From an uncultured Actinomycetes bacterium (GTDB lineage: Bacteria; Actinomycetota; Thermoleophilia; UBA2241): a DNA stretch of 64,000 bases. Under the pieces are notes generated by a model. It did no database searches and was not told where the DNA came from. It worked only from the letters and a program-made list of their open reading frames with translations. Below are positions 12,290 through 21,341 of the stretch, piece after piece. The stretch covers positions 71,171 to 135,170 of the forward strand of contig CAWAPD010000003.1 in NCBI GenBank assembly GCA_963783865.1. The letters are read 5' to 3'. Position numbers and translations under genes: made by a program. Each line of letters begins with the position of its first letter. Position 1 is the first letter of the stretch.

Positions 12290-13359
12290 GTGACGCGTCG
12301 CCGGCAGGCGGCAGCAGGACGATCGTCGCGCCGCAGGCGACGACGGACCCGGGGGGCGCCGCGGCGCCCGCCGTGCTCACGACCGTCGACCTGGGCGACG
12401 TCGCCGTCGCGCTGGAGGCGCCGGCCGAGCTGGCCGGGTTCGTGCGCGAGCGCTTCGCCCTTGCGCCGCCCGGCGCAAGGCCCGTCGTCGCCTCGCGCGT
12501 CGTCGCGGGGCCGGCGCCGGCCGGCGGCGTGCGCCGCGGCCGGCGCATCGCCGAATCGGCCGGCCGGGTGTGGTGCCGCAGCTTCCCGGGGCTGCCGGAG
12601 CTGACGGTGGCGGTGGCGCGGGGCGCTGCCGGCGGCGCGCGGCCGGAGATCGACACGGAGGTCTACTTCGACCGGCCCGGCTGGGTGCGGCTGTACAAGC
12701 GCCTGGTGGCCGGCGTCGGCGCCGAGCAGACGTGGGAGCAGCTCTCGTTCTACGGCCTGCTGTTCCCGGCTCTGCTCGCCGCCGAGCGGCGGGGACGGTT
12801 TCCGCTGCATGCCGGCGCTGTGGCTCGCGACGGCCGCGCCCTGGTGCTCAGCGGCCTGCCCGGCTGTGGCAAGTCGACGGTGGCGGCGGCGCTCGAACGG
12901 CGGGGATGGACGCTCGCCTCGGACAACCTGGTGACCGTGTCGGCCGAGGAGGTCTGGCCGCTGCCCGAGCCGGTGCGACTCGACGCCGGTTCGCGGGCCC
13001 TGGCCCGTGTCGACGAGGGTGACGGGGCGGCGGCGACGTACGGGCGCACGGCGCGGCGCCTCGAGGCGCCGAGCCGTGCGCTCGCCGCCGCCGCCCTGGT
13101 GCTGCTCGAGCGCGGCGACCGCACGTCGCTGGAGGCGGCCGAGGTCTCGGCCGGACACCTGCTCGACCTCGGCCGCCTCGCCTACGAGCTGCACGCCTAC
13201 GACCTGTACCGCGCGTTCGCCCGGCTCGCCGTCGGCGGGCCGCCGGCCGTTGAAGAGGCGACCGTGGCCGCGTGGCTGGCGCCGCTGCGCACCGTACACC
13301 TGAGCGTGGCCGACGGCGAGGTGGACGCGGCCTGCGACCTGCTCGGGGAGCTGGCGTGA
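12286..13359 (+). CDS. HPr-kinase-C-domain-like P-loop protein (HprK-related kinase family)
   Basis: GTG 12286 overlaps the GT4 stop. The core LHAGAVARDGRALVLSGLPGCGKSTVAAALERRGWTLASDNLV matches the HprK C-terminal P-loop signature (lHa.av...G.gvLl.G.sG.GKS..al.L..rGh.LvaDD). Confidence 0.65.
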   Translation: MSDASPAGGSRTIVAPQATTDPGGAAAPAVLTTVDLGDVAVALEAPAELAGFVRERFALAPPGARPVVASRVVAGPAPAGGVRRGRRIAESAGRVWCRSFPGLPELTVAVARGAAGGARPEIDTEVYFDRPGWVRLYKRLVAGVGAEQTWEQLSFYGLLFPALLAAERRGRFPLHAGAVARDGRALVLSGLPGCGKSTVAAALERRGWTLASDNLVTVSAEEVWPLPEPVRLDAGSRALARVDEGDGAAATYGRTARRLEAPSRALAAAALVLLERGDRTSLEAAEVSAGHLLDLGRLAYELHAYDLYRAFARLAVGGPPAVEEATVAAWLAPLRTVHLSVADGEVDAACDLLGELA

Positions 13360-14315
13360 GCGGCGGGCTCTTCCTGTCGTGGGCGCCCTTCTCGCGCCGC
13401 ACCGAGACGCTGGCGCGCCGCTTCGGGCTCCGGGAGGCGTTCGTCGGCAGCCCCTGGCCCAAGCGCCCGCTGTACGCCCCGCTCAAGTACCCCGCCCAGG
13501 CGGCGCGCACGCTGGCGCTGCTGGCCCGCGAACGGCCGGCGAGCCTGTGGGTGATGGACCCGCCCCTGCCCGCCGTCGCGCTCGCGGCGGCCGTGGCTCG
13601 CCGCCGCCGCGTGCCGCTGATCGTCGACGTCCACACGGTCGACTTCTACGACCCCAAGTGGCTGGCGCTGAAGCCGCTCGAACGCCCCCTGCTGCGCGGG
13701 GCCGACGCCGTGGTCGTGACGAACCGTTCGCTGGCTCGGCGCGTGCTCGGCTGGGGCTGCGAGGCGTTCGTCCTGCCCGATCCGCTGCCCGAGCCGCCGG
13801 CGCTGGGCGAGGTGGCCGTCGTGCCCCGGTCGGCGACCGTGGTCGCCACGTTCTCCGACGACGAACCCTTGCACCTGCTGCCAGCGGTCGCCAAGCTGCT
13901 GCCGGACGTCGAGATCCGCGTCACCGGCGAGCCGCGAGGGCGCGACGCCGGCTGGCCCGCCAACCTGCGGGCGACCGGCTTCCTCGACGACGAGGTCTAC
14001 TGGCGCACGCTGGCCGCCTCGGCGGCGGTCGTGGTCCTGACCACGCGACCCGACACGCTGCTGTCGGGCGGCTACGAGGCGCTCGCCCTGCGACGGCCGC
14101 TGGTCGTCTCCGACCAGGCGGTTCTGCGCGAGTACTTCGGAGACGCGGCGATCTACGCCGGGGTCACCGCCGAGGAGGTCGCGGGGGCGATCGGCGAGGC
14201 GCTGGCCCGCGGCGACGAGCTCACGCCGAAGCTCGATGCGCTGGCCCTGCGCCGCGAGGCGGAGTGGAGCGAGGCGGCGGTCGCGCTCGCCAGGGTCGCG
14301 GATGGGCGGCGGTGA
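13356..14315 (+). CDS. Glycosyltransferase-like protein (GT-B C-terminal-domain type)
   Basis: GTG 13356 overlaps the upstream stop. The C-terminal half (VVVLTTRPDTLLSGGYEALALRRPLVVSD) resembles a GT1/GT4 donor-binding Rossmann domain. Confidence 0.5.
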   Translation: MSGGLFLSWAPFSRRTETLARRFGLREAFVGSPWPKRPLYAPLKYPAQAARTLALLARERPASLWVMDPPLPAVALAAAVARRRRVPLIVDVHTVDFYDPKWLALKPLERPLLRGADAVVVTNRSLARRVLGWGCEAFVLPDPLPEPPALGEVAVVPRSATVVATFSDDEPLHLLPAVAKLLPDVEIRVTGEPRGRDAGWPANLRATGFLDDEVYWRTLAASAAVVVLTTRPDTLLSGGYEALALRRPLVVSDQAVLREYFGDAAIYAGVTAEEVAGAIGEALARGDELTPKLDALALRREAEWSEAAVALARVADGRR

Positions 14316-16261
14316 GCGGGCTCGTCGCCATCGTCTCGCGCGCCGCCGCCGCGCGCGCCCGCGGCCCCGCCGCCCTCGCGCGGCTGGCCCACACGCCGGC
14401 GTTCGAGAGCGCCTGCGCCGAGGCCGGCCGGCTGTGGATGGGGGCCTGCGGACTGCCGGGGACGGCTTCAGTGGGCTCGCCGGCCCCCGCCGCCGACGCC
14501 GCCACGAGCACGCCCGTCGTAGCTGCCGTCGCAGGCCACATCCTCAACGGCGCCGCGCTGCGCCGAGAGCTCGGACTCGCGCCGGGGAGCGACGACGCCG
14601 GCCTCGTGGCGGCCGCGTACGCGGCCTGGGGGGCCGGCCTGTTCGGCCGCCTCGAGGGAAGGTTCGCCCTGGTCGTGCACGACGAGGCCGCGGACCTCAC
14701 CTTGGCGGGCAACGACCCGTATGGTGTCCTGCCGCTCGTGCGGACCTCCCTGGGCGACGACCTCCTGCTCGCCACCGAGGCGAAGGCCCTGACCGCCGAC
14801 CCCCGCTTCCCGGCGCGGCTGGACGAGGCCGCGCTGGGCAGGCAGCTGCTGTTCGGCCAGCAATACGGCGAGGCGACGCTGTTCGCCGGTGTCCTCGAGC
14901 TCGAGCAGGGTACCCACTTCGAGCTGCGTGGCGACAAGGCGAGCGCCGTCCGCCACTGGGACCCGCGCGCGGCCATCGGCCCCAGCCTGCGCGGGGAAGC
15001 GTATGTCGAGCGCCTGGTCGAGACGATCGCCGGGATCGCCGGTGAGGCGTTCGACGGCGAGGCGATCGCGCTTCCCCTTACCGGCGGCCTCGACTCGCGC
15101 CTGCTGGCGGCGGCCATGCCGGCCGCGGCGGGACCGATGGCGGCGACTTTCGGCGCGCCGGCCGACGACGACTGCCGGCGCGCGGGACAGGTCGCCGCGG
15201 CGCGGGGGCTGCCCTACCGCGTGGTCCCGTTCGAGACGGACTACGTGGCGCGACACGCGCTCGAGACGGTCTGGCTGACCGAGGGCCGTCAGAACCCCGT
15301 CGACAACATCACCGGCTGCCTCATGCCCAGCCTGCGGCCCGCCGCCGAGTTCGTCAGCGGCATCTCCGCCATGGCGCGCGGCCACAACGCGGTGCGCGCG
15401 CGACTCGTGCCCGATTGGGACCTGATCGGTGCGACCGACGCCGGGCTCGAGTCCTGGCTGCGGGGTTATGCCGCGCGGCCGAGCCTCGACGCGAGCCAGG
15501 TCGGGTCCCTGTTCGGCGACCGCGGCCGCGAGCTGATCGCGCTCGCCGGCGAGAGCTTCGACCGGGCGGTCGAGGGCACGCGGGGCATGCCCGCCCTCGA
15601 CCGCCTCGACCTCTACCAGGTGACCGAGCGCGTGGGCGGCTACAACTGCCCCGGGCTCAACCTGGCGTCGGTCTGGCTCGGCGCCAGGGCGCCGTACCTC
15701 ACGCGCCGCTGGGTCGAGGCCGTCTTCGCGGGCGACGTCCTGGAGGGGGTCGACGACCTGCCGCGCCTGCGAGCCATCCGCCGGCTCGACCCCCGCGTGG
15801 CACGCGTCCCATGGGTCCTCACCGGGCTGTCGCTTGGGGCCAGCGAGCCGGTGGTCCTGGCCGTGAGGCAGGCTGCGAGGCTCGTGCCAGCCGCCGCGGG
15901 GAACCCGGATCCGGGTACGGTGGGAGCCGGGAACCGAGGACGGCAGACCGGCGCCCCGCCGCGGCGGGGCGCGCCGGCCGCCCTCCGGCGCGCGGCCGCG
16001 ACCGCCAGGCACCGTCTGTATCGCCACGGTGAACGGCGCGAGGAGTGGCTGCGCACCGCCTCGCGACCCTGGGTCGAGGAGGTGCTGCTCGCGGAGCGGA
16101 CCGCGGACCGCGGGTCCATGCGGCCCGAGGCGGTGCGGCGCCTCCTCGACGAGCAGTGGGCGGGTCAGGACCGCTCCTCCGCCATCGGACAGCTCCTCAA
16201 CCTCGAGCTGTGGCAGCGGTTGTTCGTAGACGGCGACACTGCGCCCGAGGTCGCCCCGTGA
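14312..16261 (+). CDS. Asparagine synthetase B-like amidotransferase (EPS-associated, lacks the N-terminal Cys nucleophile)
   Basis: GTG 14312 overlaps the upstream stop. The PP-loop LTGGLDSRLLAAAM (SGGxDS) and class-II GATase-like N-domain are present, but the N-terminus reads VSGLVAIV rather than MCG. Confidence 0.7.
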   Translation: MSGLVAIVSRAAAARARGPAALARLAHTPAFESACAEAGRLWMGACGLPGTASVGSPAPAADAATSTPVVAAVAGHILNGAALRRELGLAPGSDDAGLVAAAYAAWGAGLFGRLEGRFALVVHDEAADLTLAGNDPYGVLPLVRTSLGDDLLLATEAKALTADPRFPARLDEAALGRQLLFGQQYGEATLFAGVLELEQGTHFELRGDKASAVRHWDPRAAIGPSLRGEAYVERLVETIAGIAGEAFDGEAIALPLTGGLDSRLLAAAMPAAAGPMAATFGAPADDDCRRAGQVAAARGLPYRVVPFETDYVARHALETVWLTEGRQNPVDNITGCLMPSLRPAAEFVSGISAMARGHNAVRARLVPDWDLIGATDAGLESWLRGYAARPSLDASQVGSLFGDRGRELIALAGESFDRAVEGTRGMPALDRLDLYQVTERVGGYNCPGLNLASVWLGARAPYLTRRWVEAVFAGDVLEGVDDLPRLRAIRRLDPRVARVPWVLTGLSLGASEPVVLAVRQAARLVPAAAGNPDPGTVGAGNRGRQTGAPPRRGAPAALRRAAATARHRLYRHGERREEWLRTASRPWVEEVLLAERTADRGSMRPEAVRRLLDEQWAGQDRSSAIGQLLNLELWQRLFVDGDTAPEVAP

Positions 16262-17496
16262 AGCTCCTCGTCCTCGGCCACAACGATTGGTGGGTGTGGG
16301 CGCGCCAGGACTTCTGCACGCGCAACGGGGCCCTGGTGCGGGCCCTCGCGCGGCGGCCCGAGGTCGAGCGCATCGTCGTCGTCGACTCCCCGCGCTACCG
16401 CACGCGCTCGCACCGCCCCGAAGAGCGCCGCGGCGAGGAGGTCACGGAGGTCGCGCCCCGCATCGTCGCCCTGCGCCACGCCTATCCGGTGCCGGCCCCG
16501 GCCCGTTCACGCGAGGGCTGGCGCCTCAACGACGCGCTCACGCGCCGCCGTCTGGTCGACGCCTGCCGGCGGGCGCTGGCCGGCGGCGACGGCGAGGGTG
16601 GGGACGAAGCCGGCGACGAGACGGTCGGGAACGGGCCGGGCGGCACGGACGACGTGGTCGTGTGGGTCGCCGATCCCAGGCTCGCCTGGGCGGGGATCGC
16701 CTGCGCCGGCGGCGACCTGCTCGTGTTCGACGCGATCGACGACTGGCGGTTCCACCCCTGGGCGGGCCACCGCCTGGTCGACGAGGGCTACCACGCGATC
16801 GCCGACGCGGCCGACATCGTGACCGCGGTAACGCCCACGCTGCTCGAGACGCTCGCTCCGCGCGGCCGGCGGCACTCCCTCTTCAACGCGATCGACCCGG
16901 CCGCGTGGGCCGGCGTGCGGGCCGATCCCGGCCCGCTCGCCGGCCTGCCGCGGCCGGTCGTCGGCTATGTGGGCACGCTGCAGGCGCGCATCGACCCGGG
17001 GCTCGTCGTCGGCCTCGCGCGCGAGATGCCCGAGGCGACCTTCGTCCTGGCCGGCCCGGCGTTCCGCGGGTTCGGGCTCGACCCGGGGTCGATGCCGCTC
17101 AACGTGCGCCTGCTCGGGCCGGTCCCCCACCCCAGGGTGCCGGGTCTGCTGACGGCGTTCGACGCCTGCTTCATGCCGCATCTGACCGGCGGGCTGGCGA
17201 CGACCATGGACCCGTTGAAGCTGTACGAGTACCTGGCCGCCGGGCGACCGGTCGTGAGCACGCTGGCGCCCCCCAACCCGATCCTGACGCCGCACGTGCG
17301 CGTGGCGGCCGACCCGGCGGCCATGGCGGCCGCGCTGCGCGAGGAGCTGGCAGGCGACGACGCCGCGCGCCGCGAGGCGCGGCGCGCGGCGGTCGGGACC
17401 GAGACCTGGGAGGCGCGGGCCGCCGAGGTCGTGGGCCTGCTGCAGGAGGGCCTGACGGCCAAGAGAGACACGCCGCCGGCGGGGGCGCGGACATGA
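16258..17496 (+). CDS. Glycosyltransferase family 1/4 (GT-B)
   Basis: GTG 16258 overlaps the AsnB-like stop. C-terminal GT-B domain (LDPLKLYEYLAAGRPVVST). Confidence 0.65.
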   Translation: MKLLVLGHNDWWVWARQDFCTRNGALVRALARRPEVERIVVVDSPRYRTRSHRPEERRGEEVTEVAPRIVALRHAYPVPAPARSREGWRLNDALTRRRLVDACRRALAGGDGEGGDEAGDETVGNGPGGTDDVVVWVADPRLAWAGIACAGGDLLVFDAIDDWRFHPWAGHRLVDEGYHAIADAADIVTAVTPTLLETLAPRGRRHSLFNAIDPAAWAGVRADPGPLAGLPRPVVGYVGTLQARIDPGLVVGLAREMPEATFVLAGPAFRGFGLDPGSMPLNVRLLGPVPHPRVPGLLTAFDACFMPHLTGGLATTMDPLKLYEYLAAGRPVVSTLAPPNPILTPHVRVAADPAAMAAALREELAGDDAARREARRAAVGTETWEARAAEVVGLLQEGLTAKRDTPPAGART

Positions 17497-18380
17497 GCGC
17501 TGCTGGCGATGCCGGCGTCTGGGCGATCGTCGCCCACTACGGCGACCCCGGGCCCACGCGGCGCTGCCTGCGGGCGTTGGGCGACGCCGTGCCGCCGGAG
17601 CGCCGCCTCGTCGTCGACAACCAGGGCGGGTTCGACGACGAGGCGGCGCTCGTGCTGCGGCCCGGCGCCAACATCGGCTTCGCCGGGGCGGCCGCCCTCG
17701 GCGCGCGCCGGGCGCGCGCCGAGGGCGGCCGTTGGCTCTGGTTCGTGAACAACGACGCCGAGGTGAGCGGCGACTGCCTCGGGGCGCTGCTCGAGGCCGG
17801 CGCCGCGGACGCCGCGGCAGGCTTCCTCAGCCCGGTGATCACCTATGGGGCGACCGACGAGGTGTGGTTCGCCGGCGGCTTCGTCGACGAGGGGTCGCTG
17901 CGCACCGGCCATACGACCGCCGTGCAGGGCGACCGCCCGTACCCGACCGGCTACGTGACCGGCTGCGCGATGCTCGTGCGGGGCGAGGTGGTCGACACCT
18001 GCGGCGTGCCCGACGAGCGCCTGTTCATGTACCTGGAGGACGTGGACTGGTGCCTGCGCGGCCGCCAGCGCGGCTGGCGGTCGCTGGTGGTGCCGGGGGC
18101 GCGGGCCGGCCACGACGTCGAGCGGCGCGACCGCCGCCGCGTGTTCTCGGCCCGTGCCGTGTACTACGTGACCCGCAACCGCCTGCTGGTGGCTCGCCGC
18201 TCGACCACCCCGGCCCGCGCCCTGCCGCCGGCCCTCGACTGGGCCGGCCGCCAGGCGCTCAAGGGCGGCGACGCGGGCGGCGTGGCCCGGGCGAGCCTCG
18301 CGCTCGCGGCCGGCCTGGCCGACGGCCTGGCCGGCCGCTCTGGTCGCGCCACCCCCGGGCTCGAACGTATGCTGGACTGA
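17493..18380 (+). CDS. Glycosyltransferase family 2
   Basis: ATG 17493 overlaps the upstream stop (ATGA). The pattern WAIVAHYGDP...VDNQGG..., a DxD-like LEDVDW and GT2 topology are present. Confidence 0.7.
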   Translation: MSAAGDAGVWAIVAHYGDPGPTRRCLRALGDAVPPERRLVVDNQGGFDDEAALVLRPGANIGFAGAAALGARRARAEGGRWLWFVNNDAEVSGDCLGALLEAGAADAAAGFLSPVITYGATDEVWFAGGFVDEGSLRTGHTTAVQGDRPYPTGYVTGCAMLVRGEVVDTCGVPDERLFMYLEDVDWCLRGRQRGWRSLVVPGARAGHDVERRDRRRVFSARAVYYVTRNRLLVARRSTTPARALPPALDWAGRQALKGGDAGGVARASLALAAGLADGLAGRSGRATPGLERMLD

Positions 18381-19801
18381 TGCGCGCCCTGCTGTCACGT
18401 GACCGCATGGTGTTCGCCGGCGCGTCGGCGATGCTGCTGCTGTTGCTGCTGGCCGTGGCGATGCGCTCCGTGCTGCTGGGCATCGCGGCGGCGGCGCTCA
18501 TCGGGATGCTGCTGCTCGTCCTGCCGCTGGCCGGCACCCGGCGCGGCAACGTCGTGCTCGTGTCGGCGCTGCTGGTGGTCACCTTCATCCTGCCTTCGTC
18601 CATCGTCTACGCGTACAGGATCCCGGCGCTGGGCGGCGGCATCACCGTCGTCGACTGCCTCTACGGGCTGCTGCTCGCCAGCTGGATCGTCTGGTTGCTG
18701 ACCGACGGCTCGATCCTGCCGTCGCGCCTCAACGTGCCCCTCCTGGTCTTCCTGGTGTGGATAGTGGCCGCGGCCGCCATCGGCCGCCAGCACGGCAACG
18801 ACCTCAAGCTGATCCTGCAGGACTTCCGGCCCCTGGCCTACTACGGGATGTTCTGGATCGTGGCCTCGATCACCACCCGGCGCACGCTGGACTGGTGGCT
18901 GAAGCTCCTCGGCGCCGGTCTGGTGCTCAACTTCCTGTTCGGCCTTGCGCTCACCGCGATGGGCGAGGGGCGCTCGACCGGGTTCGTGCAGGAGGGCGTC
19001 TCGCGCTTCCCGGCTCCCAACGACCACTTCCTCATGGGGTCGGTGCTCATCGCGGCGCTGCTGTTCACGTGGCCCCACGAGGGGCAGCGCCGGCCGCGCG
19101 TGCTCTGGGTCCTGCTCGCCCTGTGCCTCGCCGGCCTGGGGATGTCGCTGGTGCGGGGGTACTGGCTGGGGGTCGTCGCCGGCATGTTGTACCTGCTGCT
19201 GGTGATGCGCACCAGCGAGCGCATGCGCATGATCGCCGGTGTCACGATCACGGTGGCGATGCTCGCCAGCGCCGCGGCCGTCGTGCGCCCGGCGCTCGTC
19301 AGCTCGATCGCCACCAGGGGCGCGGCCGTGACGGCCGTGCAGGACCCGAACGTGCAGTGGCGGCTGATCGAGAACCGGGCGGTCCTGGCGCAGGTGCGGG
19401 CCCACCCGCTGACGGGCAACGGTCTGGGGCAGGAGTACCTGTTCGACTTCTCGGCGTACGGCGTCAAGCCCTACTACAAGTCGTACATCCACAACAACTA
19501 CCTGTGGCTGGCGCAGCGGATGGGCGCCGTCGGGGTCTGCCTGTTCGTCTGGGTCGTGCTCGCGTTCCTGTTCCCGAGGGAGCGGCTGAACGAGTTGCGC
19601 GAGCGCGCCGATCCCTGGCAGTGGGGCCTCATCGTCGGCTCGCGCGCGTTGATCGTCGCCGACCTCGTCGTGTCGGTCACCTCGCCGCAGTTCGTGTCGT
19701 CGTCGAACATCGTGCCGCTGGCGGTGATGCTGGCGATGGCGGAGGCCGCCCGGGTCCAGGCCATGCGGCAGGGGGAGCAGGAGCCGGCCGCCGTCGAGTG
19801 A
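18380..19801 (+). CDS. O-antigen ligase/polymerase (Wzy-like) family membrane protein
   Basis: ATG 18380 overlaps the GT2 stop. About 10-12 TM helices with a large periplasmic-type loop (YIHNNYLWLAQRMG, Wzy_C-like). Confidence 0.7.
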   Translation: MRALLSRDRMVFAGASAMLLLLLLAVAMRSVLLGIAAAALIGMLLLVLPLAGTRRGNVVLVSALLVVTFILPSSIVYAYRIPALGGGITVVDCLYGLLLASWIVWLLTDGSILPSRLNVPLLVFLVWIVAAAAIGRQHGNDLKLILQDFRPLAYYGMFWIVASITTRRTLDWWLKLLGAGLVLNFLFGLALTAMGEGRSTGFVQEGVSRFPAPNDHFLMGSVLIAALLFTWPHEGQRRPRVLWVLLALCLAGLGMSLVRGYWLGVVAGMLYLLLVMRTSERMRMIAGVTITVAMLASAAAVVRPALVSSIATRGAAVTAVQDPNVQWRLIENRAVLAQVRAHPLTGNGLGQEYLFDFSAYGVKPYYKSYIHNNYLWLAQRMGAVGVCLFVWVVLAFLFPRERLNELRERADPWQWGLIVGSRALIVADLVVSVTSPQFVSSSNIVPLAVMLAMAEAARVQAMRQGEQEPAAVE

Positions 19802-19803
19802 GG

Positions 19804-19850
19804 GCGCGAAGGGGGGCGGGGCGCCGCAGGCGCCCCGCCCCCCTTCGCGC
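19804..19850. terminator. Bidirectional intrinsic terminator (about 22-bp GC-rich stem, loop GCAG) between the convergent Wzy and lyase genes
   Basis: Perfect inverted repeat GCGCGAAGGGGGGCGGGGCGCC gcag GGCGCCCCGCCCCCCTTCGCGC. Confidence 0.7.
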
Positions 19851-19859
19851 CCCGCGTGC

Positions 19860-21206
19860 CTAGCGCGCGATCGAGTGCGTCAGCGTGACCGGCCCCAGCA
19901 GCTGCGACTCGTAGTAGTTGGCGCGGTTCCCCGAGTCGAGCACGTCCAGCAGGCGCGGGTCGCCGAGCTCGCTGTAGGCCTGGGCGAAGCGGGGCACGTC
20001 GACGCTGGCGTTGACCGAGTCGTACGGGTTGGGCGAGTGCAGGGCGTCGGGCCCGAAGAACTTCGCCAGGTACAGCCAGGTGGCGCGCAAGCGCTCGCGA
20101 TAGGTCGTCAGCGTCCCGTAGCCGAGGTTCTCGCCCATCTCTGCCAGCGTCGAGCCGAGGCGCGCGTTGTACGTGCAGTAATCGAGGGTGCCGCCGCGGC
20201 CCTTGATCGCCGACTTGTAGATGTGGGACTGCGGCGCCGGGGTGGTGCCCATCTTGTCGCCGTCGTTCTTCGACGTCAGCGAATGATCGAGCGTGTTGTC
20301 GACGCGCAGCACGTTGTCCTTGTCGCCGTAGACCCGGTACACCGTCGCCGTGTCGCCGACGTCGGCGGCCATGGCCGCGATCGCGGCGTCCATGAGCATG
20401 GAGAAGTCGCCGCCGATGATCGTGTCGGTATAGCGGATGGTGAGGCTCGAGTCCCAGCCATAGGCGATGCGCCGGGTGGACCCCGACCTGACGGCCTGGT
20501 CCCCGGAGGTCTCCTTCTCGCAGTTCCGCAGGGCGGCGATGAACTTCGTGAAGTACGCGGCGACCGCGGCCCGGTCGCCCGTGCTCCAGAGCGGCGAGTC
20601 GTACGTGAGGTCGTAGGCGTAGGCCAGCGAGAAGGCGCCCGGGGACTGCATCTGGCCGGTGTCGCAGGAGTCGTACGTCGTGAGGTCGGACGGCGTGTTG
20701 CCGTGCGCCCAAGCGAGGATGAACTGCCGCGCCTTGGCCGCGTACTTCTCGTCGCCGGTCAGCGCGTAGGCGATGGCGAGGTTGCGGGTGAACGAGCCGT
20801 CGGGCGTGAGGGTGTTGTCGAAGACGGTGTGGATGTCGGGGTCGCCGCCGCGGAAGGGGCCGGGGTAGACGTTGGGCGTCGCCGCCAGGGCCACCCTGAC
20901 GCGGCCGCCGAGGAACGTGGTCCAGGCGCCGTACTCGGGCTGGAGCTGGGCCGCGATGCGGGCCCTGATCCGGGCTGCCTGGTCGGCGGTCAAGATCAGG
21001 AACGGATGGACGGCGGGGAGCGCCGGAGCCGCCGCCGGCACGACCGGACGCGTCGCCGGGCGTGTCCATCTGGTCGTCGGGCCGTTGACGAACGGCTTCG
21101 GCAGCTTCAGCGTGCGTGACGAGGTGACGGCGGAAGCCGGCGCCGCCAGCGCCAGCAGCGCGAAGCACGTGACCGCGAGGAGCCCACCTGTCCGCCGGAG
21201 ACCCAT
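19860..21206 (-). CDS. Secreted polysaccharide lyase-like protein (alginate lyase/heparinase II/III superfamily-like)
   Basis: Signal peptide MGLRRTGGLLAVTCFALLALAAPASA. An alpha/alpha toroid-like region (FILAWAHGNT...) resembles alginate-lyase/heparinase families. Convergent with the EPS operon. Confidence 0.4.
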   Translation of the reverse strand: MGLRRTGGLLAVTCFALLALAAPASAVTSSRTLKLPKPFVNGPTTRWTRPATRPVVPAAAPALPAVHPFLILTADQAARIRARIAAQLQPEYGAWTTFLGGRVRVALAATPNVYPGPFRGGDPDIHTVFDNTLTPDGSFTRNLAIAYALTGDEKYAAKARQFILAWAHGNTPSDLTTYDSCDTGQMQSPGAFSLAYAYDLTYDSPLWSTGDRAAVAAYFTKFIAALRNCEKETSGDQAVRSGSTRRIAYGWDSSLTIRYTDTIIGGDFSMLMDAAIAAMAADVGDTATVYRVYGDKDNVLRVDNTLDHSLTSKNDGDKMGTTPAPQSHIYKSAIKGRGGTLDYCTYNARLGSTLAEMGENLGYGTLTTYRERLRATWLYLAKFFGPDALHSPNPYDSVNASVDVPRFAQAYSELGDPRLLDVLDSGNRANYYESQLLGPVTLTHSIAR

Positions 21207-21341
21207 ACGGGATGAGTCGGCACTCCCCGGGGGACCTTGAGGACGTACGGGCTAATGCGTTGCCCGCTCAGACGACGGACTCGCGGGCGACGGGACAGGC
21301 CGGCGGGAACGAGCGGCAGCCGCCACCCGGCGGCGACGGGA

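Noticed and set aside
9692-16261. Very long plus-strand ORFs (865, 780 and 960 aa) overlapping each other
   Set aside because: Each is the real downstream gene preceded by an out-of-frame read-through of the upstream gene. True starts are the GTG/ATG codons overlapping the preceding stop (10904, 12286, 14312).
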